A DNA stretch of 64,000 nt from an uncultured Acidobacteriota bacterium (GCA_963843575.1 CAWJKZ010000004.1:1-64000), one strand, 5' to 3'. Counted from the first letter of the stretch, positions 12,345-23,086 are shown. Notes: generated by a model not told the origin, from the sequence alone. Program-made: numbers and translations.

Positions 12345-14687
12345 TCAGCTGCGCGGATGATAGTAGTAGTTCGAGTAGTTGCTGTGGTAGTAGCCGTGAC
12401 CCATCTGATTGGGGTTCCAATCGTTCAGGATCGTGCCCAGGACGGTGGTGCCGTCCTCTTCGAAGAAGCGCGCCGCCGCGAGCGCGGAATCGCGCGAGGT
12501 CCGGCCGGCGCGCAGAACCAGCACTACCGCGTCGCTGCACTGGCCGAGGATGCGGGAGTCGGGAACGCTGAGCACCGGGGGACTGTCGATCAGCACCAGG
12601 TCGAACTCCCGACGGAAGCGCAGCAGCAGTTCGTTCAGGCGCTCGGAGTAGAGCAGGCTGGCGATGTTGGCCCTGGCGGGGCCGCTCGTCATGATGAAAA
12701 GTCCGGGGATCCTGGTCTTCTGTACCAGCGACTCGGCGCTGTACTCCTCGATCGGAGTGTTCTCGAACAAGGCATCGCTCAGGCCCCAGGTGTTCACCAT
12801 GTCGAACACGGTGTGTAGTTTCGGCAGGCGCATGTCGCCGTCTATCAGCAGGACCCGCTGACCGATTTCCGAAAAGGCGATCGCAAGGTTGCTGATGATA
12901 GTGCTCTTCCCTTCCTGGGGCGAGGGGCTGGTCAGAACGAGCACCCGCGGACGTGTGTCCTTGTCCCCGGAGAAAAGGATCGAGGTCATGGCCGTGCGAA
13001 AGGCCTCGGATATGACGGAGATCTTCCGCGTCCAGGTCACCAGGCCCAGCAATTCCGGTGTCTTGCCGTTCCCGTTGCGCCCGGCTCCCCTGGTGGAAAC
13101 GGCGACGCTCCTCCCCGTCGCGGAGCCTTTCGTAAGGAGGGGAGGATTGCGCGGGGTGAGCGAACGCGCTTCCGGGTCGACCTTCGCCGAAGGAATGACA
13201 CCCAACTCGCGCAGGTTAAGAAGCTGCGGCATAGTCCCCGGCACCTGGACGCTGGAGTCGGAGCGGGCCCGCACGATAACGAGCAGGACTCCGCAGCAGA
13301 GCCCGCCGAAGACGCCGACTACGGAGTTCAGGAGGAGGTTAGGCCTGTAAGGCCTCCGGGGCGGCAACGCGCGGTCCACTATCCGGAGGTTGCTCGCACG
13401 CAGGGCCGAGGCGATGCTGGCTTCCTTGCCTTTTTGAAGGGTGGTTTGATAGAGCTCCCGCCCCGTGTCCACTTCGCGCTTCAGGATGTTGTAGTGGATC
13501 AGCAGCTCCGCCTGGGAGGCGACCAACCTGGACTGGGCGCTGTAATCGGCCTCCAGCTGTTTCTCGCGGCGGAGGGCGGCCTCGTATTCGATGCGAATGC
13601 GTTTGATTATGTTGGTTCGTTCCCTTTCCTGCGCCGCCTGCAGTTCGTCTATCTGCGCCTGCAGCCGCTTCACCCTGTAATGCGCCGGGGTGAGGCTGAC
13701 GCTCAGCTCGGCCAGTTGCTGGCGCAGCTCGGCGAGCTTCACCTGATAGCTGGCCATCGGCCCGTAATCGAGCACCTCGGGGAGGGACTCGGTCGGGCTC
13801 GAGAGGCTGGATTCATAGACGGACTGCTTGGCGATCCTTTCCGTCCTGGCCTTCGAGAGTTCCGCCTGCTGCAGCTTCAGTTTCTCCTCCGCCACGTTCT
13901 GCGAGTCCGAGGTGAACATCACGCCGGTCTTGCGGGCGAACTCCACCAACTCCTTTTCAGACTTTTCGAGCTTCTCCTTGAGCTGGTCTTGCGCCAGGGT
14001 GAGCCATTTACCTGTATTCTGATAGGTCTCCCAGCGCTCCTCCATGTTCATCGCGATGTACTCTTCCGCGAGGACATTGACGAAGTCGGCCGCCACCTGC
14101 GGGTGAGTCGACTCGCACGTCAGCTCGAGGACGTGGCTCTGCTTGGAGGGCACCACATCCAGGCTCTGGTAAGCTTCGCTCAAGGCTTTCTGCCAGCCTT
14201 CCTCCCCGGCGGGAGGAGAGAGCCCGATTGCGCTGCGCAGGGGTCCGAGAGGGTTCGGAGCCTCCTGGTTGATTACATTCATCGATCCCTTCATCTTGGC
14301 CGGCACCCTCAGCCGCAGAGTCTGGCCCAGGAGCAGGTCTACCTGGGTTTGAACCCAAGGGTCCGAGGTGCTCAGCAGACCACCGGCAAACGGTTCCTGA
14401 ACACCCTGCATTTCCACGGTGGCGCGGGCTCGGTAGAGCGGGGGCCAGAACAGGCTTACGATGAAGGATATGAGGACGCCGAGGACAAGCGACAGGCAGA
14501 CGGTAAGCTTGTGCCGCCAGAGGATGCGCCAGTATTCCAGCAAGAGACCGAGGTCGTCGCTTTCGGCTACGGTCGCCTCGGCCCGCTCCGCGTAGGGATC
14601 CCGTTGCGGCGCCACGTACGGCGTCACCTGGACCTCTGGCGAACCCAGCGCAAGCTCGTAACGCGGAGGCTTCGGAAGATGGTTCAT
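12345..14687 (-). CDS. wzc: Polysaccharide co-polymerase / BY-kinase
   Basis: Two TMs flanking a coiled coil, Walker A SPSPQEGKST, IDGDMR, Tyr-rich tail YYHSNYSNYYY. Confidence 0.93.
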   Translation of the reverse strand: MNHLPKPPRYELALGSPEVQVTPYVAPQRDPYAERAEATVAESDDLGLLLEYWRILWRHKLTVCLSLVLGVLISFIVSLFWPPLYRARATVEMQGVQEPFAGGLLSTSDPWVQTQVDLLLGQTLRLRVPAKMKGSMNVINQEAPNPLGPLRSAIGLSPPAGEEGWQKALSEAYQSLDVVPSKQSHVLELTCESTHPQVAADFVNVLAEEYIAMNMEERWETYQNTGKWLTLAQDQLKEKLEKSEKELVEFARKTGVMFTSDSQNVAEEKLKLQQAELSKARTERIAKQSVYESSLSSPTESLPEVLDYGPMASYQVKLAELRQQLAELSVSLTPAHYRVKRLQAQIDELQAAQERERTNIIKRIRIEYEAALRREKQLEADYSAQSRLVASQAELLIHYNILKREVDTGRELYQTTLQKGKEASIASALRASNLRIVDRALPPRRPYRPNLLLNSVVGVFGGLCCGVLLVIVRARSDSSVQVPGTMPQLLNLRELGVIPSAKVDPEARSLTPRNPPLLTKGSATGRSVAVSTRGAGRNGNGKTPELLGLVTWTRKISVISEAFRTAMTSILFSGDKDTRPRVLVLTSPSPQEGKSTIISNLAIAFSEIGQRVLLIDGDMRLPKLHTVFDMVNTWGLSDALFENTPIEEYSAESLVQKTRIPGLFIMTSGPARANIASLLYSERLNELLLRFRREFDLVLIDSPPVLSVPDSRILGQCSDAVVLVLRAGRTSRDSALAAARFFEEDGTTVLGTILNDWNPNQMGHGYYHSNYSNYYYHPRS

Positions 14688-14766
14688 AGTTTGCGTTCCC
14701 ACTCCGGGGGTGCCCGAAAATGCCTTCGGGCAGATCGCGTTCGTCGGGGACGAGCTATCCAGTCGT

Positions 14767-15756
14767 TCAATAGCGACGGTAAATAATCATCCCGGTTGTC
14801 ATGCGTATGGCGGTGTCCAAGGTGCGGCCAAGCATCCCCTTGGCCACGCTGTTCGGCACAAAGAGAATATCGTCAGGCAAGAGCGCGACATCCTCCTTTT
14901 TCCCGCTCATAATGTCCTTGACGTTGATCGGTATCTCCTGGCGATTGGTCCCGATTGAGGTCCGAATGATGCGGGATTGAGCCGCCGACGAAGTCGCCGC
15001 CAATCCCTCCGCCAGCGCAAGTGCCTGCAGGACGGACATCGACTCCCGATCGTTGAGGGTGTATCCGCCCGGCTTGCGCACCTCGCCAATTACGTAAATG
15101 ATCTCGGCACGGGGCACGGAGAGGACGTCCTGCGGGAGTATCCGGATATTGAACTCCGGATGGCGGGCCTGCATGATGTCCGCCAGCGGCACTTCCGCGA
15201 CGTTGTATCCGTTGGCATCCGTGGTCGCGCCGGGAAGGGGTATGGATCCCCATTCGGGCTTCCGGGTGATCTTGACCTTCGACCCGGCATCCGGGCGCAA
15301 ACCGCCGGCCAGCGCGAGGACCTCGATGAGGTTCTTGCTACCCTCGAGCTGGTGCACCCCGGGGGTCCCCACTTGACCGATCACGGAAACCGGCTGGCTG
15401 CGAAACTGCACGATATTGACCGAAACCTTCGGATCCTGGATGTAGACCTTCAGCCGCGTCCTTATCTGCTCTTCAAGGGCCTGAATACTCAATCCGGCCG
15501 CCTCGATCCTGCCGATCAGCGGCAGATTGATGTCACCCGCGGCGGAGATGCGGATAGGTTTATTGGCAAATTCCTCGGCATCCAGCGCGTAGATCACGAT
15601 TTCGTCGCCGGGTCCAAGCTCGTAGTTCGCGACCTTTTCCTTTTCCAGGCCTGGCTCCTGGGCCGGCACGGCTCCGGGATCGTGGGATTGCTGGGCATAA
15701 ATTGGAAAGACGGTGGCCAGAATTAAGGCTGCCAGCGCACTTAGCCTAGGATTCAT
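14767..15756 (-). CDS. wza: Polysaccharide export protein (OPX, Poly_export + SLBB)
   Basis: YELGPGDEI...GDINLPLIGRIEAAG, SLBB repeats, LLPDDILFVP; signal peptide. Confidence 0.92.
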   Translation of the reverse strand: MNPRLSALAALILATVFPIYAQQSHDPGAVPAQEPGLEKEKVANYELGPGDEIVIYALDAEEFANKPIRISAAGDINLPLIGRIEAAGLSIQALEEQIRTRLKVYIQDPKVSVNIVQFRSQPVSVIGQVGTPGVHQLEGSKNLIEVLALAGGLRPDAGSKVKITRKPEWGSIPLPGATTDANGYNVAEVPLADIMQARHPEFNIRILPQDVLSVPRAEIIYVIGEVRKPGGYTLNDRESMSVLQALALAEGLAATSSAAQSRIIRTSIGTNRQEIPINVKDIMSGKKEDVALLPDDILFVPNSVAKGMLGRTLDTAIRMTTGMIIYRRY

Positions 15757-16029
15757 AGATCGCCCCTCCAGTGCAGAGCCCGATTGGCGAGAGTATAACG
15801 GTGCCCAGATTATACCTAACGGCGAATGCCCTAGTAAATGGGCAATCGGGAACCTGGGGGAGAGTTACAGCTTCATCCATCTGCTTCAACCCGCGTGCGT
15901 TGCGGCGCGGCAGCGGCGTGTCGACGGCCCGCACGGGCCCTGCCGCTTCCATATACGATACCATTGCGCCCCTGTTCCTGCGAATTCCGGCCGCTCCGTA
16001 CGTGCCCGGATCGCCGCTCCAGGCGGGAA

Positions 16030-16437
16030 TCAGAGCGACCTCTGCTTCGTGAACTCGACTCCAACGCCGGAGCCACCGTCGGAGAGCGGAACCACGCGTT
16101 TCACGACTCCCCTCAGGGCGAAGGTGGCCGCCGGCACCGCTTTGTCCGATCCCGGTGCGAGCCGCAACAGGGCGAACAGCCGCGCACCCCGTTCGACGCA
16201 CCGTTGGAGGCGAACAAAAAGCCCCTTCGCACTGAGATTGTCAACGACAGTCTCGGTGCGGAATCTCTGACCGTGATGATCAAGGGCGCGTACCGTCACG
16301 GGGAAAGCCTCGGATATTCTCGGGCTCCGGCGACGTTCCGCCGAGCGCCCGATTCCCTGTCCAAGCAAGTTCGGGTCCAGAGCCGTTGTGTCCCGGGGGA
16401 AGCGACGCACACAGTGAAACTGGGGATCAGTGGTCAT
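16030..16437 (-). CDS. Stand-alone PilZ domain protein
   Basis: RxxxR (ERRRSPR) and (D/N)xSxxG (NLSAKG) motifs, ending in GVGVEF. Confidence 0.85.
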   Translation of the reverse strand: MTTDPQFHCVRRFPRDTTALDPNLLGQGIGRSAERRRSPRISEAFPVTVRALDHHGQRFRTETVVDNLSAKGLFVRLQRCVERGARLFALLRLAPGSDKAVPAATFALRGVVKRVVPLSDGGSGVGVEFTKQRSL

Positions 16438-16703
16438 CGTGGGTTCCTGGCAAGCTACCGCCGATAAACTCCCAACCTTCCATATCGCACAAGTGCTGCG
16501 GGAGCGTACTTATATTTTGTAGTTACCGGTCAGCCGGCCCCCGGAGTCCGTGGGCGACTCCCAGTCACGCGAAAGCATACTCCCGCGGCACGGCGCGGCG
16601 CATCGGAAGGCAGAGCCATTTTGTCAGGCCCTATTCAACAGTTTTTGCCGGTAACCCTCTGGGAGTACAAGTCGGGTCGGCATGGGAGGATTGTGCCATC
16701 AGT

Positions 16704-16892
16704 TCAAGTGGGTCAAGTGGGTCCGGGCTTCAGCCCGGACGCTGTTTGCGGTCGCTAGAACGTGCGCCCGTCGCCAAATAGATCAGATCAAAAGACGTCC
16801 GGGCTGAAGCCCGGACCCACTTGTTTTACGGGCAGGGCGGGCGGTTCAATCGTTGGACAGCCTCTGAAGCCCGGACCCACTTGACCCACTTG
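16704..16892. repeat. ~190-bp REP-doublet/REPIN-like element, copy A
   Basis: GTGGGTCCGGGCTTCAGCCCGGAC at 16717-16740, its inverse at 16797-16820 and a half copy at 16864-16880. The whole unit recurs inverted at 25715-25909. Confidence 0.85.
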
Positions 16893-18098
16893 TCAGCGGA
16901 GTGCAGGGAGGGTTTCGGCGACGGCGTCACGCAGGAGGTTGGCGATCTTCCGGTGCCCCTCGACGTCCGGGTGGCAAAAATCCAGGTAGATCGCAGGATC
17001 TTCATCGAGGGCCGGGCGCCCATCGACCAGTTTGATGTTCTGCTCGCGGGCAACTTCCTCCATGATCCTGTTGTAGTCGCGGTCCAGGTAGATGGGCCGT
17101 CCGCCGCTGATGTCCTGGCGCGGGTTTGTAATCTGCGCGGCCTGCGCGAGACTCCGGCCGTCTCCCTTGACCTTGTAGGCTGCGACCAGGTACCTGCGGG
17201 CCAGGTCCGAATAGAACATGTTGGCGTGGACGACGGCGTTCAACACCCGGATCGAGTCGTCGATTCTGGAGGCTTCCAGGAGCTCGGTTCCCAGGCGCAG
17301 AGGAGCCGAAAAGAGCGGGTTGTCCCCCAGCAAAAGGAAAACCGGGGCGATCCGGTGCTTGCGGCAGTACTGCACGATGTCGACGAGGTTCCTCCGGTAC
17401 GCTTCCGGCGGGACACGAGCCTGTATGGTGCGGATGTCCATGTCGGGTTTCCGGTCCGCAGGGATCAGGTGTACCCGCCGGGCCGCCGCCCTGATGATGC
17501 CGGCCAGGGCGATCCTGTCGAGGAATCTGAATCCCGATCCAGCGTCTGAGAAGCGCCGGAACTTGGATTCGCCGTCCGGGCCCTCGAGCAGAACGTAGCG
17601 ACGATCGTTGTAGTTGAACGAGACGATCGCCATCGCGGGCTCCACGACCGGCGCGTACTTCTGAAGCGCCCTGTATCCCTGGTAGGTCGTGTATCCGTTC
17701 AGTCCCAGGTTGATGACGTGGGCATTCGGCAGCAGCTGGTCGAGCAGTTCGGGGTACGCCGATTCCGTGGGCACTCCCCAGCCGAAGGTGGAGGAATCCC
17801 CCAGGGCGATGATCCGGGGAACGCTTCTGTCGCTGACCTTGCGCGTGTCGACGGTGAAGTATCCGCTCGCGTCATACTCCTTGACGACCGGGGAATTGCC
17901 CCATATGACAGGGCCTTTGTAGTTCGGTCTCCTCTCCCAGCCGAGCTCGGCCGAGGGCACCATGTCCTGGGGAACGACCGAGGGCGTCTCATCCGCGGCG
18001 GCGAAATCGTCCCGGATGCTGTAGACGACCCGGCTGCACGATTCCAGAAAAAGCAGAAGAACAACCGTAATGGCCAGCCCGGCGAGTACGTTTCGCAT
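16893..18098 (-). CDS. SGNH/GDSL hydrolase (possible polysaccharide O-acetyl esterase/transferase)
   Basis: N-terminal TM, ALGDSSTFG, NLGLNGY, YNDR, DFCHP (DxxH). Confidence 0.88.
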   Translation of the reverse strand: MRNVLAGLAITVVLLLFLESCSRVVYSIRDDFAAADETPSVVPQDMVPSAELGWERRPNYKGPVIWGNSPVVKEYDASGYFTVDTRKVSDRSVPRIIALGDSSTFGWGVPTESAYPELLDQLLPNAHVINLGLNGYTTYQGYRALQKYAPVVEPAMAIVSFNYNDRRYVLLEGPDGESKFRRFSDAGSGFRFLDRIALAGIIRAAARRVHLIPADRKPDMDIRTIQARVPPEAYRRNLVDIVQYCRKHRIAPVFLLLGDNPLFSAPLRLGTELLEASRIDDSIRVLNAVVHANMFYSDLARRYLVAAYKVKGDGRSLAQAAQITNPRQDISGGRPIYLDRDYNRIMEEVAREQNIKLVDGRPALDEDPAIYLDFCHPDVEGHRKIANLLRDAVAETLPALR

Positions 18099-18326
18099 GA
18101 CGCGAGTTATCCCCTATAAGGTGAACGTGATCCTGTCCAGCGGACACCGCCGGCGTTCACGGCGTCCGGGCCCGTCCGCATTCCCTGCCTCCTGGAGTCC
18201 TTTGGCACGGGCGCCCAAAGCCTTATAATATCGCTACGCAACGCGGCACGGTACGGTCCGCCAGCCGTAGGGTATGACGTTTAGAATGCTTATGCAATCC
18301 CGCTGGAAGGTCGAAAAGTAATTATT

Positions 18327-19607
18327 ATGGCAGAGTTCCCTTACTTCTCCGTCGTGATTCCCACCTACAACCGGAGCGAACTCGTGGTGCACGCCGTGGA
18401 GTCGGTCCTCCGGCAGGATGAACCGGACGTCGAAGTCGTCGTCTCGGACAACCTGTCCACGGACCGAACCCGCGAGGCGGTCGGCGCCTTCCGGGACCCG
18501 CGGGTGCGTTACGTGAGGACCGACCGGCACATGGTGATCGCGGACAGCTGGGAGTTTGCCCGCACGCACGCCCGGGGCAAGTTCGTCATGATGCTCTCGG
18601 ACGACGACGCCATGCTGAGGTTCGCCCTGACGCGCTTCCGGAGCGACATCGAGCGGTTCGACGCGAATTTCGCGTTCTGCAGGGTCGCGGAATACAGGGA
18701 CGCGGGCTTTCCCGGAAGCCAGCGCAACAGGCTGGATTGCCCGTCATTCGGCGGGTCCAGCCGGATCGTGGAAAAGGACGAATTCATCGGGCCACTTTAC
18801 GAGTTTCGGCACAAGTTCACGATGCACCCCAGCGCCTTCTTCTTCGAGCGCGCACTGGCGGAACAGATCGCGACGCGTACCGGACGCTTTTTCAGGACAA
18901 ACGGCGTCGAATACTACGCCTGGCCGCTGGCCGCAGCCCTGGCGCGCAACATCGCATTCATCGACGTGCCGCTGATCGTGCTGGGCAGGACGAACAAGTC
19001 CTGGGGATCGACCCTCGAACTGGGCAATCCCGGCAAAAAACAGATCGAGGCGATGATCGCCGACGTCGAGCAGAAGAACCAGTTCGTACCGCTGAAGAAC
19101 TTCTGCATCGCCAACCTCGTCGCGGAAGGGATCCTGACGGCCCAGAGCGTCCTGCCGGAACTGCTGGGAAAGTATGGGTTCAACGAAGAAGAACTATCTT
19201 CGCAGCACCGCATCGATATTGGTCCGACGTATCCGGATGGGGGTCGACGTGTCGTCCGAGGTCGCGGACCTGCTGCGCTACGCGGAGCGCTATCCGGAAT
19301 TGGCGGGCGAGTTGAACGAGCGGATCCGCAATGCTCCCGCGTCCCTCAACGGTAACGCGGAGCCTGATCCAAAGGCTCCCGCTCTATCCGCTGGCGAGCC
19401 GTTTGCGCGCGCGCCTGACCTCCCGTCTGAGGCAAAGGAGAATTGCAGCGCGCATCCGCCGCAGGGAGGCGGACTACGGGCTTCAGCGTCTCCGGGCTTG
19501 ATTTCGGCTTCAGGGATGCGCTGGGCTGCTCGGAATTCCTGACCAGAACATTCGGCGCCGACTTCGCGCGCGTCGGCGGCGGAAATACTACTGCCCGCGA
19601 TGCATAG
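18327..19607 (+). CDS. GT2 glycosyltransferase, frameshifted in the 3' part
   Basis: FSVVIPTYNR, VSDNLSTD, LSDDD. Continues through shifted frames to TAG at 19605-19607. Confidence 0.85.
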
Positions 19608-19789
19608 GCGCTCAATCCGTGTGGATCCGCGTAAATCAGCGTCCTGTTAAATGCGTTAGCGCATTTGTGAACATCAGTACTTTGGCAATTGGCAAAAAGA
19701 ACTTCAAGAGGCCGGACGGCACTCGGGGCGTCGCCTCCGGGATTGTCGTCGCCGCGTGCCTGTCGACGTTTTTCGGAGGCCTGTCGCGT

Positions 19790-20779
19790 ATGAAGCGCAC
19801 CCAGCCGATCGTTGTGTTCCTGTCGTTCCTCTGTCTCGCTGCGCAACCTTCGCTTGCCGGCCAGGACGCGCACAGTTCAGCCAGCATCGACGGCGCGACC
19901 GGGCTTTTCACCTTGTGGGACGCCGAGCCGATCCGGTCGGGCGAGATGAATTTCGGGTTTGCAGCCCACCGATACAACCGCGATCCGGGCCAGTTGAGCA
20001 TCACCAGGTTCCCGATCAGCGGCGCCATCGGCGCCTTCGGGTTCCTGGAGTTCTTCGGTTCGTTCGACGTCCAGAAACGGATCGAGGCCGGCAGCATACA
20101 GGTGGACCGGATCGGCCCCGGGGAGATTCCCCGCCCCGCGACAACGCGACTCGGGGAGGTGCTGTTCACGAATGAAGCCCTGTTCATGGACGTGCGGCAG
20201 GCCACGGGCCGGGGCGACCTGCGCGGCGGGGTCAAAATCAATATCCTGTCGGAGCGGCGCAACCATCCCGTGTCCCTCAGCGGCGTCGCTTTTGGCCAGA
20301 TACCTACGCAGGACAACTACCTGGCCCTGCGACGGGGGCTGAGCTCCCACACGAAATCGGGAGGCTTCGGTGCGCTCTTCTCCAAGCGCTTCGACGATAT
20401 GGCGCAGTTTCACGCCAATTTCCTGGTCAACATGGTTCGAAGCCCCAGGGGCGAGTTCGTGAAAAACCCGAGTAGCCACGCCGATGTCGGGCACGAATTC
20501 ATCTATCGGGTGGGAATGGTCGTGCCCAACAAGGGGCAGGTGCAGCTGATCGGAGAACTGAACGGCACGATCTACGCCGCCGACTACACCGCCGGCCTCA
20601 ATCCCGTGGATCCGGTGGACCTGATTCTCGGGGCGAGGTTCTTCCCCAAGGGGTGGGCGGCGCTGAGCGCAGGATACCGGCTCTCGGTGAATCACATCGC
20701 CGAGGATGCGGCCAGACAGGTATTCCCCCGGGATCGGCACGGATTCATATTCCAGCTGGGTTTCGCTCTGAGAGACTAG
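19790..20779 (+). CDS. Predicted outer-membrane beta-barrel protein
   Basis: Signal peptide, alternating amphipathic strands, C-terminal GFIFQLGF; GGAGG RBS. Confidence 0.65.
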   Translation: MKRTQPIVVFLSFLCLAAQPSLAGQDAHSSASIDGATGLFTLWDAEPIRSGEMNFGFAAHRYNRDPGQLSITRFPISGAIGAFGFLEFFGSFDVQKRIEAGSIQVDRIGPGEIPRPATTRLGEVLFTNEALFMDVRQATGRGDLRGGVKINILSERRNHPVSLSGVAFGQIPTQDNYLALRRGLSSHTKSGGFGALFSKRFDDMAQFHANFLVNMVRSPRGEFVKNPSSHADVGHEFIYRVGMVVPNKGQVQLIGELNGTIYAADYTAGLNPVDPVDLILGARFFPKGWAALSAGYRLSVNHIAEDAARQVFPRDRHGFIFQLGFALRD

Positions 20780-20790
20780 GCGCCGGGCCT

Positions 20791-21483
20791 TCAGGTCCTG
20801 GCGACTGCCTTGGGCGTGTTCGCGAACTTGTGCCGGTAGAGGAAAATCGCCAGCTCGAACCGGTTCGAAACCTCGAGCTTGCTGAAGATCGACGTCAGAT
20901 GGTGCCTGACCGTCGTTTCGCTGATGAAGAGGCGCTCTCCGATCGCGCCGTTGGCCAGACCCTCGCAGACCAAGGTCGAAACCTGCCGCTCCCGCTCGGT
21001 GAGGGTGGCGATGCGCTCGACCTCGGGATCGACCTTGGGCTTCCGTGAGATTTCCGCAATGACGCTTGCGGTCAGCGACCGGTCGAGCCACGCTTCCCCG
21101 CTGTAGACTTTTTCGATCGCCTTGTGCAGGTCTTCCGGGCTCTTCTTCTTGCACACCACGCCCATGGCACCCAGTCGCACCGCGCGCAGGTGCGCCTCGG
21201 AATCCATCATGTCCGTCAGCACGATGATCCGGGTCTCCGCGCCGGCGGAACCCAGTTTCTGCAGGTATTCGAGTCCGCCCAGGTCACCCGTGAAATCGAG
21301 GTCGAGAAGCAGTATATCGGGCCTTTCGGTTTCGACGGCTTTGATCGCTTCGGCGGGCGTCCCAACTTCGCCGACAACCTGCACCCCGGACCAGCTTTGG
21401 ATCAGCATTTTCAGGGCTGTCCGGATCATCACCTGATCCTGGACGAGCAAAATCCGTATCTGGCTGCAGGCGTTTCTAGACAT
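20791..21483 (-). CDS. NarL/LuxR family response regulator
   Basis: REC domain (PDILLLDLD) plus HTH LTERERQV...ISETTVRHHLTSIFSKL. Confidence 0.92.
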   Translation of the reverse strand: MSRNACSQIRILLVQDQVMIRTALKMLIQSWSGVQVVGEVGTPAEAIKAVETERPDILLLDLDFTGDLGGLEYLQKLGSAGAETRIIVLTDMMDSEAHLRAVRLGAMGVVCKKKSPEDLHKAIEKVYSGEAWLDRSLTASVIAEISRKPKVDPEVERIATLTERERQVSTLVCEGLANGAIGERLFISETTVRHHLTSIFSKLEVSNRFELAIFLYRHKFANTPKAVART

Positions 21484-21741
21484 AGAATCAACGTACCACA
21501 CCCCTTGTGCCGCTGGACTCCTTCGGGCTCACTGAGAGAGGGTTACTCCCAAGTCCTCTGGACGTCAAATCACGGGGATAGAGTAGGCAGGATTATCGGT
21601 CAGCCTGCCCACGCCGTCAAGGGGCATCTGGCCACTCTTTCATGCCTTGGGCTATATGTCTCAAGCGACCTCCTGTGACGCAATTCGGATCCCGGAACAG
21701 AGTCGTCACGCGGGACTTAGGGTCTGTCACAGAACAGGCCC

Positions 21742-22296
21742 CTAGTTTGGCTTCGCACCACCGGCACGCCGGGGTGCGGGGTCCAGGTCGAGGAGGCCGA
21801 CGGCCCTCGAGGTGTCGATGAACATCACCTCGGCCTTGGCTATCGTCCGCCCGCGGCGCAGACCGCTCATCAGTTGACGGAGCTGTTCAACCGCCTGACG
21901 CTCCATGGACTCCGACTTCGGCACCGATTCGGCCAGGTCGAAGAGAGCCAGTTCCAGGGACTCGACAGGTGTGCCGGATGGGATGGACAAGAGGAAACGG
22001 TCGTGAGCGATCTCCACCAGGCGGAGCCAGGGGATCCGCTGCAGGTAGATCGACGGGCCCACCAGGATCATTCCGACTCCCGGCATAACCTCAACCACCT
22101 GCACCATCCTCTCTTCGCCCGCAGAATGCGCAGCTACCGAATGTGCGAGCTTGACGATCGCACGGGCGCGATCGCGGTCGACGAGCCGAAGCTGTTCGAG
22201 CGTTCGTTCCGGGAGCGTTACGGTGACCGGTCGCCGCGGCTCGGAGAACTTCGGCGGACGACCACCCTTTTTCCGTAGCGGCCTCTGAGCTTCCAT
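21742..22296 (-). CDS. Hypothetical protein with a putative N-terminal ribbon-helix-helix-like DNA-binding segment
   Basis: KKGGRPPKF...PVTVTLPERTLEQL fits a strand-helix pattern; coherent 184-aa ORF. Confidence 0.6.
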   Translation of the reverse strand: MEAQRPLRKKGGRPPKFSEPRRPVTVTLPERTLEQLRLVDRDRARAIVKLAHSVAAHSAGEERMVQVVEVMPGVGMILVGPSIYLQRIPWLRLVEIAHDRFLLSIPSGTPVESLELALFDLAESVPKSESMERQAVEQLRQLMSGLRRGRTIAKAEVMFIDTSRAVGLLDLDPAPRRAGGAKPN

Positions 22297-22680
22297 GGGC
22301 ACGATGATATTGCGGCCATCACTAATTTTCAACGTAAAAACCCTTAAATGGAGTCCGAAGCGCACAGGAAACTCAATGATTCTTGCTTGTATCCCCTGAA
22401 TTCGCACATTATAATTCCACACAATAGTACATTGCAGCGTAGAAACAATTACCGACTGAACGATTTCTCCTAGGGCCGATCCGCTGAGAGGAGCGCGTGC
22501 AAGCAGACTGCAGTTCCCGTTTGCCGCGGACTCGACGCGCGGATCGCAGGAATCCACTGGATTGTCTGCGGCCGCAGGACCACCTGCATCGGGCTTCCAG
22601 ATAGGTGTTTCCCTGAGTGATCAGGCCCTTGAGGAAAGTCTGCAGCGTGATGAGATCTCCCGCGCGCCGCGTTCCTCGCC

Positions 22681-22850
22681 TTGCTGCGTTGCCCATATTG
22701 CAGCGACAGGCTGCGGCCTTACGCCGAAGACTCAGCACAGTTGCTCGAGGGTTTTGGCATCCTCGTCTGCTCGTGTGAACGCTTTCCCATGGTGGCAGGG
22801 ATTCCAGTCCTGAAAAAGGGAAAGCTGTCGGCCACCGGCGAGACAACAAT
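22681..22850 (+). pseudogene. Trm112-like Zn-ribbon N-terminal remnant
   Basis: LRCPYC...GILVCSCERFPMVAGIPVL matches the Trm112p pattern, then decays into non-coding-looking sequence. Confidence 0.45.
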
Positions 22851-23086
22851 CCGCACGCAGTGCCGAGTTCACGCCCTGATCTGCCTCCGATTTGGGGGCG
22901 GACCTCGAGTATCGCTATTGATGACGACCGGTCGACTGCGCTTACATCCTTCGGGGCAGCAAACACTTAGGAGTTGGGAATCAGCTTGACCGCCGATACG
23001 GCAGAATCGATAATGGTATTGGCTCATTCAATGAGCGAATGAGCCTGGTTCTCCCATTGGCCGTTTGCGATTTGCCGGGCTGCCCT

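Noticed and set aside
16704-16892. Mini-CRISPR
   Set aside because: Repeats alternate in orientation, spacers are conserved between copies, and no cas genes are present.
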